A program made the translations under genes and the position numbers. The notes below the pieces were generated by a model. That model saw only the letters and a program-made list of their open reading frames with translations, was not told the DNA's origin and did not search any database. A DNA stretch of 64,000 bases from Veleropilina oligotropha (taxonomy: Eukaryota), in the NCBI GenBank assembly GCA_048128005.1, contig JBEUKZ010000081.1, forward strand, positions 124,001-188,000. The letters run 5' to 3'. Shown one piece after another: positions 49,900 to 61,500 of this stretch (the stretch's first letter is position 1; every line of letters begins with the position of its first letter).

Positions 49900-52800
49900 T
49901 TAAAGCTGCTAGCAGCTGTATAGGGCTCCAAGTTATATTCCTGGATATTCTAAAAATTTTAGATTTGTTTTAAATTTTTTTTAAAAATTTTAAAAAAAAT
50001 TGCAAGTTTTTAGATCGAATTTTTTTATTATTCCCATTCAAAATATCTAAGCTCTAGCATCAATATTAACCGAGTTGGCCATTTCGTGACCATTTTCTGG
50101 CAAAAATAGGGCGTTTTCCTTAATTAGGTCATTTACTGCAATGTAGGTCAACTGAGGTCAAAGTTCAAGGTCACATGTGAAAGATGAACCATGACTTCCC
50201 ATAGGCTCCCCATAGTAACTATGTGTCTGCGGCGCATCCGTTTTGATATATTGCCACTTGCAACAAATGCTTTAATGGCCGCCGAGGCACTTCCTGTTTT
50301 CCGCTTTTATCACGTAAATTTGATAAATGTCGACTACAGACATCAATAGTAGTTCACTTCAACCACTATGGGCACACATGTATGCATTTTTCCTTAATTA
50401 GGTCATTTCCTACAATGTAGGTCACCTGAGGTCAAAGGTCAAGGTCATTTTCGAAAGCCCACCCATGACTTCCCATAGGCTCCCCATAGTAACCATGGGT
50501 CTACGTTGCATCATTTCCAAGATATAGCCATTTTAAATTGATTTCAGTATGGCCGCCTGTTAAATTAAAAATTCAAAAATCCACTCTCATGACATTTTTG
50601 ACAAGCGACTCTGGCATCCGAATATACTAATCATGTCGCTCTAGGTTAAATATTAACAAAGCTATAAAAGAAGCTAGCTTATGACATAATCCAAGATGGC
50701 CGCCAAACCGACGCGGTCATGTGACTCAAAAAGTTGTATGCATCAATTCAGCTATAGTACTAACTATATGGCAACTTACAACTATGCAGCTATAGCAGTT
50801 TAGGCGCTAGGGTTGCCACAACTTCCGGAGAATAATAATAATAATAAGAATAATAAGAAGAATAAGAATAATAATAAAAATTAAAGCTGCTAGCAGCTGT
50901 ATAGGGCTCCAAGTTATATTCCTGGATATTCTAAATTTTTTAGAATTTATAAAAAAAAAATTAAATTTTATAAAAAAAATTGAAAGTTTTTCGTAATTTG
51001 TTTTCCAATAAAATGATATTAATAGATATATATATATATAGGTCACTCTGAATGGAATGCCGTAAATTTCAGGTCTGTACGACACGTCGTTCTCGAGGTA
51101 TGGCCTTTCAAGGAAATATGGCGGCCATTTTGTTTTTTTTAGATCGAATTTTTTTATTATTTCCATTCAAAATATCTAAGCTCTAGCATCAATATTAACC
51201 GAGTTGGCCATTTCGTGACCATTTCCTGGCAAAAATAGGGCGTTTTCCTTAATTAGGTCATTTACTGCAATGTAGGTCAACTGAGGTCAAAGGTCAAGGT
51301 CACATGTGAAAGATGAACCATGACTTCCCATAGGCTCCCCATAGTAACTATGTGTCTGCGGTGCATCCGTTTTGATATATTGCCACTTGCAACAAATGCT
51401 TTAATGGCAGCCGAGGCACTTCCTGTTTTCCGCTTTTATCACGTAAATTTGATAAATGTCGACTACAGACATCAATAGTAGTTCACTTCAACCACTATGG
51501 GCACACATGTATGCATTTTTCCTTAATTAGGTCATTTCCTGCAATGTAGGTCACCTGAGGTCAAAGGTCAAGGTCATTTTCGAAAGCCCACCCATGACTT
51601 CCCATAGGCTCCCCATAGTAACCATGGGTCTATGTTGCATCATTTCCACGATATAGCCATTTTAAATTGATTTCACTATGGCCGCCGGTTAAATTAAAAA
51701 TTCAAAAATCCACTCTCATGACATTTTTGACAAACGACTTTGGCATCTGAATATACTAATCATGTCGCTCTAGGTTAAATATTAAGAAAGTTATAAAAGA
51801 AGCTAGTTTATGACGTAATCCAAGATGGCCGACAAACCGATGCGGTCATGTGACTCAAAAAGTTGTATGCATCAATTCAGCTACAGTAGTAACTATATGG
51901 CAACTTACAACTATGCAGCTATAGCAGTTTAGGCGCTAGGCTTGACACAACTTCCGAACTATAATAATAATAATAAGAAGAATAAAAGCTGCTAGCAGCT
52001 GTATAGGGCTCCAAGTTATATTCCTGGATATTCTAAATTTTTTAGAATTTTTTTAAATTTTTTTAAAAAAATTTAAAAAAATTGAAAGTTTTTAGATCGA
52101 ATTTTTTTATTATTTCCATTCAAAATATCTAAGCTCTAGCATCAATATTAACCGAGTTGGCCATTTCGTGACCATTTTCTGGCAAAAATAGGGCGTTTTT
52201 CTTAATTAGGTCGTTTACTGCAATGTAGGTCAACTGAGGTCAAAGGTCAAGGTCACATGTGAAAGATGAACCATGACTTCCCATAGGCTCCCCATAGTAA
52301 CTATGTGTCTGCGGTGCATCCTTTTTGATATATTGCCACTTGAAACAAATGCTTTAATGGCCGCCGAGGAACTTCCTGTTTTTCGATTTTATCACGTAAA
52401 TTTGATAAATGTCGACTACAGACATCAATAGTAGTTCACTTCAACCACTATGGGCACACATGTATGCATTTTTCCTTAATTAGGTCATTTCCTGCAATGT
52501 AGGTCACCTGAGGTCAAAGATCAAGGTCATTTTCGAAAGCCCACCCATGACTTCCCATAGGCTCCCCATAGTAACCATGGGTCTACGTTGCATCATTTCC
52601 AAGATATAGCCATTTTAAATTGATTTCACTATGGCCGCCGGTTAAATTAAAAATTCAAAAATCCACTCTCATGACATTTTTGACAAGCGACTCTGGCATC
52701 CGAATGTACTAATCATGTCGCTCTAGGTTAAATATTAACAAAGTTATAAAAGAAGCTAGTTTATGACGTAATACAAGATGGCCGACACACCGACGCGGTC

Positions 52801-53996
52801 ATGTGACTCAAAAAGTTGTATGCATCAATTCAGCTATAGTAGTAACTATATGGCAACTTACAACTATGCAGCTATAGCAGTTTAGGCGCTAGGCTTGACA
52901 CAACTTCCGGAGAATAATAATAAGAATAATAAGAATAAAAATTAAAGCTGCTAGCAGCTGTATAGGGCTCCAAGTTATATTCCTGGATATTCTAAATTTT
53001 TTAGAATTTTTTTAATTTTTTTTAAAAATTTTAAAAAAAATTGAAAGTTTTTAGATCGAATTTTTTTATTATTTCCATTCAAAATATCTAAGCTCTAGCA
53101 TCAATATTAACCGAGTTGGCCATTTCGTGACCGTTTTCTGGCAAAAATAGGGCGTTTTTCTTAATTAGGTCATTTACTGCAATGTAGGTCAACTGAGGTC
53201 AAAGGTCAAGGTCACATGTGAAAGATGAACCATGACTTCCCATAGGCTCCCCATAGTAACTATGTGTCTGCGGTGCATCCTTTTTGATATATTGCCACTT
53301 GAAACAAATGCTTTAATGGCCGCCGATGCACTTCCTGTTTTTCGATTTTATCACGTAAATTTGATAAATGTCGACTACAGACATCAATAGTAGTTCATTT
53401 CAACCACTATGGGCACACATGTATGCATTTTTCCTTAATTAGGTCATTTCCTGCAATGTAAGTCACCTGAGGTCAAAGGTCAAGGTCATTTTCGAAAGCC
53501 CACCCATGACTTCCCATAGGCTCCCCATAGTAACCATGGGTCTACGTTGCATCATTTCCAAGATATAGCCATTTTAAATTGATTTCACTATGGCCGCCGG
53601 TTAATTTAAAAATTCAAAAATCCACTCTCATGACATTTTTGACAAACGACTCTGGCATCCGAATATACTAATCATGTCGCTCTAGGTTAAATATTGACAA
53701 AGTTATAAAAGAAGCTAGTTTATGACGTAATACAAGATGGCCGACAAACCGACGCGGTCATGTGACTCAAAAAGTTGTATGCATCAATTCAGCTATAGTA
53801 CTAACTATATGGCAACTTACAACTATGCAGCTATAGCAGTTTAGGCGCTAGGAGTGACACAACTTCTGATGAATAATAATAATAATAAGAAGAATAAAAA
53901 TAAATATAAAAACAATAGGTCTCCAAAAAAAAATTTTTGGAGCCCTAATAAATATAAAAACAATAGGTCTCCAAAAAAAATTTTTTGGAGCCCTAA
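49900..53996. mobile_element. Head-to-tail array of four ~1-kb Helentron/HINE-like units
   Basis: Units begin (T)AAAGCTGCTAGCAGCTGTATAGGGCTCCAA at about 49901, 50882, 51984 and 52942, separated by (AAT/AAG)n; array ends in a duplicated hairpin containing TTGGAGCCCTA, the inverted copy of TAGGGCTCCAA. Confidence 0.75.
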
Positions 53997-54879
53997 ATAG
54001 CGCGCACACCAACAGTCGACCCAACAAATAACAACTCAGGACCAGAAAACGGCCTGTTAATTGTTGATGGACGCAGAAGCCACTTATCGAAGGAAAATAT
54101 ACCCTTATGTAAATGCCATTATTGGCACTCTGAATGTTTTCTCAAGGTAGGCGCATTAAGGCGCGAGGTAATCCAATAAAACTCAATAACTCACTAAATA
54201 GACGTCCATCGGGACATACGTATTCAATATTACGAATCAGAAAATCAATAGAAAACGTTCTAAATATATGATCATGTCGGTGTCAAATGCATTGGTGACG
54301 ATACTATTTCCTTTAATGACTGATTGGCCAGACATTCTATAATTGCAACAATTAGTAAAGACAGCAGTACTAAGTCATGGTCAAGTGGTATTATTACATC
54401 CTAGAGGCATAAATATTCATGAACGCAATAATCATTAAGCCTCAGCATTTGAAAACTGAACCTCGTTACGAAACTTGCGCATAGTCATGGGACTTAGGAT
54501 GCACAAACTGTTTCAATCCAATATCATCAAGCTCCGAGGAAGACATTGGAATATGCAATTGTGTAAACAAACGCTAAATTTAAGTTGCTATTTGCATCCA
54601 AAATTTAACCTTTTAAATGCTGAATTGATTTTCTATACAGTAATATTATATATGTATAATAATTATATAGGTGCTTTGTAATTACCATCAATGACTGTAC
54701 CTTTGTAGCTTATTTCAAGATTTGCAATATTGTCTCTACGAATATAATTGATTGCAACACGCATCTGGGCAATGTCACAAAAGAACGCAACTGCACAAGC
54801 ATTTCTTTCGTAATTCAGAATAAATATGGAAGGATTCGTCGGATGCTTAATATCCTGTATATTTAACTAATTACAATGT

Positions 54880-55107
54880 ACAACCTTCAAGGTCAAGGCA
54901 GCTCCATGTCCATATTATGGTGGGAGGAAAACCACAGTCGCCGGGGAAACTCACCCTCTTCGGGCAGTTACGGACAACTGTGATTGATTACTGAGCAAAT
55001 AATGACATTGCCACAATCGATATTCGAACCAAACCTGCTAGGTTAGCGCAATTGAGTCGGTGATTTCTGAGTCAGCACTCTACACCACATGACTACTGGA
55101 GCGGTCT
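54880..55107 (-). mobile_element. Old SINE, family B, reverse orientation
   Basis: Reverse complement contains GTAGTCATGTGGTGTAGAGTGCTGACTCAGAAATCAC, B box GGTTCGAAT and the family B body. Confidence 0.6.
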
Positions 55108-55974
55108 GCGCATATAAAAGCATATGTTGGTGCTTGCAAGGTAAAGCTGAATGTAACAGATATTTGCTTTTAAACTTTTCTATTAAAAAAAATTAATTAT
55201 GAAGTTTGTTTTTAAAATTCACGAAAAATAAAACTATATACTAGAAAAAAAATTCAGACTTACATATTTACAAATTTACATAGTACTAAGTAGGCATAAC
55301 TATCAGAGCTATACCAGCTGTACATCAGATGTATCCAATAACATCATTATCTCTGAGAAGTTGCATATTGAAGGCAGCAGCTATTTATAGCACAACTCTG
55401 GCTTTTCATTGTAAAATTAGAATCAGGGCTATCAGAATGGCTAAATGCAGACCTCATCTATCAGAAGGCAGCTTGCAGGCTATCAATAGCATACCATTAG
55501 GAAGTCTAGTAGGTTGGTGTGGGCCAACAAAAGTCAGATGGCGCCATAACTCAGCACAGGACTCATAATATACAAACTGGCAAGATGCAATTGGATCTAA
55601 CAGTGGCATGTTTACAGCCATGTTACTCATTATTATCCTCAAGGGTCTAGGTAGCAATGCAGATTATTTATGCAGATAGCTTATGTTCAAATGAAAAATA
55701 AAGCAGATCATTCTATTCTTGACCGTTTAAGTCGCAAGGATCACTTGCATTATTTCATGCTGTCCAGAGTAATTTTACAACTTGAAAATAGAGAGTAGAT
55801 CTATAAATGTTTTTATTTAAACAATATATTTATTATTTCTATGTTTTACATTAGAATTAATGTAAAAGTTCTAAGCATCTAATATCTCTATAAATGTACT
55901 ACAGTAACACTTATTGAAATATATATATAGATCAGAGAATGCACACTATCATGCAGTAGAGCTCAGACCATTAT

Positions 55975-56475
55975 CAACATCCGGACTATGAAAAGTGGAG
56001 CGGCACCATGCCAATCATGAAAAGTGGAGTGCATACCAAGCAGCATCCGAACTATGAAAAGTGGAGTGCATACCAAGCAACATCTGGACTATGAAAAGTG
56101 GAGCGCATACCAAGCAACATCCGGACTATGAAAAGTGGAGTGCATACCAAGCAACATCCGGACTATGAAAAGTGGAGTGCATACCAAGCAACATCCGGAC
56201 TATGAAAAGTGGAGTGCATACCAAGCAACATCCGGACTGTGAAAAGTGGAGCGCGTACCAAGCAACATCCGGACTATGAAAAGTGGAGTGCATACCATGC
56301 AACCAACAGATCGCATACACTAATCGACATCCGGACCATAAAAAGTGGAGCGTATGCCAATCAACATCCGGACTATGAAAAGTAGAGTGAATACCAAGCA
56401 ACATCCGGACTATGAAAAGTGGAGCGCACATCAAGCAACATCTGGACAATGAAGAGTGGAGCACATACCAGTCAA
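55975..56475 (+). repeat. 37-bp minisatellite (CAACATCCGGACTATGAAAAGTGGAGTGCATACCAAG)n, about 12-13 degenerate copies
   Basis: Repeat visible directly; edge copies are more diverged. Confidence 0.92.
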
Positions 56476-56489
56476 CATGAAATACGCAT

Positions 56490-58480
56490 GCGCGTGAAGA
56501 GAGACGTGTTTTCTGACCGTCTTGAAACAATAATGTAAATAATGCATTGTTCGTGGCAATATTGGATTAATTATAACAAGAAATGATATTATCGATTTAC
56601 TAAACATAATATGAAGATGAATAATGCGGGCATTGTGGTAAACATGCGATATGTCTGAGTAGACACTCATCGATCTACAACAAGCGAAAGAAAAAACAAA
56701 TCGAAATTCAAATGGCGCCCGGAAAAGGCAAAAAGAAATCTGCAGTTCCTAAGATCTCTACAGAAAAAGAAGGTAATCCACACAACACATCCATAACCAT
56801 TGATGTTGGAGACTTATTCAATAATCTAAGTAGTAGATGCAAAACCGGTACAAGTAATGAACTGACAGAGCAGAGTAAACGTGTTAAGGAAGGGTTTTAT
56901 GTCACAGAATGCATGCTTAAGACCTTGATTCAAGAAGCAGTACAACTGGCCGTACAAACTGTAATACTATCTGTAAAGGATGAAATACAAAAAGTGTTGT
57001 CCTCCAATATCGATATATTGGAAAATGAAATTTTTTTATTAAAAACGTCTGTTGATAAACTTATGGCAGAGACTAAATCCTCACAGCAAGAAATCACCTA
57101 TTACAAAGACATCAACACATCTCCTCGCTCCAACATAATTTCATTGCAAAATAACTGCAATGATCTTGAGCTGAGTATTCAAGAAAAAGTTGTGTCCGTG
57201 TGTTCGGCCTACCGGCACAAAGTGGAGAAGACTGTAAAACAACTGTACAGATGCTTCTTGAAGACCAAATGGGTGTCACAATCCAGGTGTGTGATATCGA
57301 TGCTGCCCATAGAGTTGGTCGTAAGCAACCAGGAAAACATCGTGGAATTATCGTGCGCCTATTAGGACGAGCAAGTAAAGAGATCATTATGAAGAATAAA
57401 TCAAAGCTCAGAGGTTCACACATCAGCATTTTTGATGATCTTACAATGGCCAATATCCGTCTGTTAAACAGAGCAAAGCAGCACCCTCTTATTGAAAGCG
57501 CATGCAGGTCTTTTAACGGCAAGATATTTGCGCAAACAAAACGTGGCCAAAAGATCAGGCTTCAGCTTCAATGTAACATTGATGAGCTCATCAACACCAG
57601 AAGCCAGTGATAAGTACCGTTACTAATGCCAACCTGGTGCATCAATATTTCATCACACGTATGACTATACTGTACCTGTGAAATTTAGTAAATACCTTAC
57701 TTTTGTCTATAAATATTCATATACCTTTTGGTATTCGTAAATTATGTTCTTATCCAAATAATTATATATATTTATGTGTTAAAATCCAATACAATTATTG
57801 CCTTTTTTCTGATGACATTGTCCAATTGTTGTTTAATATGTCTTAAAACTGATACAAAAAAACAAACCAACAAAATCTGTACGAACTGTAAATTAAATAT
57901 CGGCTCATGTAAAATGCATTGCATCAAATTATAATCCTGACCTTAAAAATGAATGGACATGTATGCATTGCTATTCATCTTTGTTTGCTTTTAATCATAT
58001 TGAAAATGAAGATGAATTTAATATAGCAATCAACTCGTATAACATTCCAAACAAAGTCAAATTAAGCTTGCTAACAGAATTAAGTTTCAACCCATTCCAA
58101 TTTAATAACAATAATCTTAATCGAAACAATGAAGATATTGACCCTGACAATAATTTTTATGACCCTTTAGTTACACAAAAATGCGATTATCTTGTCGAAA
58201 GTCAACTTAATGAACTGACACAAGAAATAGATAAAGACAATACATTTTCACTTTTGCACTTTAAATGCAGAAGCCTGAATAAAAGTCATGACAATCTTAC
58301 ACATTACTTAAATACGATAAACCATTCATTCTCAGTAGTTTCCCTGACAGAAACGTGGCTCAATGACAAAAATTCCGATTTATGCACATTAAATGATTAT
58401 AATTCAGTATTTGAATCGAGTCAATTATCGAAAGGTGGAGATGTGGGCATGTACATTAGGCAGGGCATTAACTATAAGAT
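56490..58480 (+). mobile_element. CR1/L2-group non-LTR retrotransposon, 5' part (5'UTR, ORF1, start of ORF2), degraded
   Basis: ORF1 followed by a Cys-rich region, DIDPDNNF motif and AP endonuclease motifs; the 5' boundary is approximate. Confidence 0.85.
56712..57610 (+). pseudogene. LINE ORF1 (coiled coil plus RRM-like domain), frameshifted near 57180
   Basis: Overlapping ORFs 56712-57365 and 57200-57610; motifs FGLP..E, DIDAAHRVG, RGIIVRL, KLRGSHISIFDDLT are typical of LINE ORF1 proteins. Confidence 0.8.
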
Positions 58481-58508
58481 AAGGTGGAGGTGTGGGCATG
58501 TACATTAG
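57870..58508 (+). pseudogene. LINE ORF2 N-terminus: disrupted PHD-like Cys motif and AP endonuclease, cut off by satellite expansion
   Basis: CTNC...HCIK / WTCMHC..LFAF, DIDPDNNFY, LLHFKCRSL, SLTETWL, KGGDVGMYIR motifs of CR1-type endonucleases. Confidence 0.85.
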
Positions 58509-61500
58509 GCAGGGCATTAACTATAGGATAAGGTGGAGGTGTGGGCATGTACATTAGGTAGGGCATTAACTATAAGATAAGGTGGAGATGTGGGCATGTA
58601 CATTAGGCAGGGCATTAACTATAGGATAAGGTGGAGGTGTGGGCATGTACATTAGGCAGGGCATTAACTATAAGATAAGGTGGAGGTGTGGGCATGTACA
58701 TTAGGCAGGGCATTAACTATAGGATAAGGTGGAGGTGTGGGCATGTACATAAGGCAGGGCATTAACTATAAGATAAGGTGGAGGTGTGGGCATGTACATA
58801 AGGCAGGGCATTAACTATAAGATAAGGTGGAGGTGTGGGCATGTACATTAGGCAGGGCATTAACTATAAGATAAGGTGGAGGTGTGGGCATGTACATTAG
58901 GCAGGGCATTAACTATAAGATAAGATGGAGGTGTGGGCATGTACATTAGGCAGCGCATTAACTATAAGATAAGGTGGAGATGTGGTCATGTACATTAGGC
59001 AGGGCATTAACTATAAGATAAGGTGGAGGTGTGGGCATGTACATTAGGCAGGGCATTAACTATAAGATAAGGTGGAGGTGTGGGCATGTACATTAGGCAG
59101 GGCATTAACTATAGGATAAGGTGGAGGTGTGGGCATGTACATTAGGCAGGGCATTAACTATAAGATAAGGTGGAGGTGTGGGCATGTACATTAGGCAGGG
59201 CATTAACTATAGGATAAGGTGGAGGTGTGGGCATGTACATTAGGCAGGGCATTAACTATAAGATAAGGTGGAGGTGTGGGCATGTACATAAGGCAGGGCA
59301 TTAACTATAGGATAAGGTGGAGGTGTGGGCATGTACATAAGGCAGGGCATTAACTATAAGATAAGGTGGAGGTGTGGGCATGTACATAAGGCAGGGCATT
59401 AACTATAAGATAAGGTGGAGGTGTGGGCATGTACATAAGGCAGGGCATTAACTATAGGATAAGGTGGAGGTGTGGGCATGTACATAAGGCAGGGCATTAA
59501 CTATAGGATAAGGTGGAGGTGTGGGCATGTACATAAGGCAGGGCATTAACTATAGGATAAGGTGGAGGTGTGGGCATGTACATTAGGCAGGGCATTAACT
59601 ATAAGATAAGGTGGAGGTGTGGGCATGTACATAAGGCAGGGCATTAACTATAGGATAAGGTGGAGGTGTGGGCATGTACATTAGGCAGGGCATTAACTAT
59701 AAGATAAGGTGGAGGTATGGGCATGTACATAAGGCAGGGCATTAACTATAAGATAAGGTGGAGGTGTGGGCATGTACATTAGGCAGGGCATTAACTATAA
59801 GATAAGGTGGAGGTGTGGGCATGTACATTAGGCAGGGCATTAACTATAAGATAAGTTGGAGGTGTGGGCATGTACATTAGGCAGGGCATTAACTATAAGA
59901 TAAGGTGGAGGTGTGGGCATGTACATAAGGCAGGGCATTAACTATAAGATAAGGTGGAGATGTGGGCATGTACAATAGGCAGGGCATTAACTATAAGATA
60001 AGGTGGAGGTGTGGGCATGTACATTAGGCAGGGCATTAACTATAAGATAAGGTGGAGGTGTGGGCATGTACATAAGGCAGGGCATTAACTATAAGATAAG
60101 GTGGAGGTGTGGGCATGTACATTAGGCAGGGCATTAACTATAAGATAAGGTGGAGGTGTGGGCATGCACATTAGGCAGGGCATTAACTATAAGATAAGGT
60201 GGAGGTGTGGGCATGTACATAAGGCAGGGCATTAACTATAGGATAAGGTGGAGGTGTGGGCATGTACATTAGGCAGGGCATTAACTATAAGATAAGGTGG
60301 AGGTGTGGGCATGTACATTAGGCAGGGCATTAACTATAAGATAAGGTGGAGGTGTGGGCATGTACATAAGGCAGGGCATTAACTATAAGATAAGGTGGAG
60401 GTGTGGGCATGTACATTAGGCAGGGCATTAACTATAAGATAAGGTGGAGGTGTGGGCATGTACATAAGGCAGGGCATTAACTATAGGATAAGGTGGAGGT
60501 GTGGGCATGTACATAAGGCAGGGCATTAACTATAAGATAAGGTGGAGGTGTGGGCATGTACATTAGGCAGGGCATTAACTATAAGATAAGGTGGAGGTGT
60601 GGGCATGTACATTAGGCAGGGCATTAACTATAAGATAAGTTGGAGGTGTGGGCATGTACATTAGGCAGGGCATTAACTATAAGATAAGGTGGAGGTGTGG
60701 GCATGTACATTAGGCAGGGCATTAACTATAAAATAAGGTGGAGGTGTGGGCATGTACATTAGGCAGGGCATTAACTATAAGATAAGGTGGAGATGTGGGC
60801 ATGTACATTAGGCAGGGCATTAACTATAGGATAAGGTGGAGGTGTGGGCATGTACATTAGGCAGGGCATTAACTATAAGATAAGGTGGAGGTGTGGGCAT
60901 GTACATTAGGCAGGGCATTAACTATAAGATAAGGTGGAGGTGTGGGCATGTACATTAGGCAGGGCATTAACTATAAGATAAGGTGGAGGTGTGGGCATGT
61001 ACATTAGGCAGGGCATTAACTATAAGATAAGGTGGAGGTGTGGGCATGTACATTAGGCAGGGCATTAACTATAAGATAAGGTGGAGGTGTGGGCATGTAC
61101 ATAAGGCAGGGCATTAACTATAAGATAAGGTGGAGATGTGGGCATGTACATTAGGCAGGGCATTAACTATAAGATAAGGTGGAGGTGTGGGCATGTACAT
61201 TAGGCAGGGCATTAACTATAAGATAAGGTGGAGGTGTGGGCATGTACATAAGGCAGGGCATTAACTATAAGATAAGGTGGAGGTGTGGGCATGTACATAA
61301 GGCAGGGCATTAACTATAAGATAAGGTGGAGGTGTGGGCATGTACATAAGGCAGGGCATTAACTATAAGATAAGGTGGAGGTGTGGGCATGTACATAAGG
61401 CAGGGCATTAACTATAAGATAAGGTGGAGGTGTGGGCATGTACATTAGGCAGGGCATTAACTATAAGATAAGGTGGAGATGTGGGCATGTACATTAGGCA

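Noticed and set aside
55975..56530. 37-bp repeat as a CRISPR direct repeat, and ORF 56126-56530
   Set aside because: Units are contiguous with no spacers; the ORF is a repeat translation.
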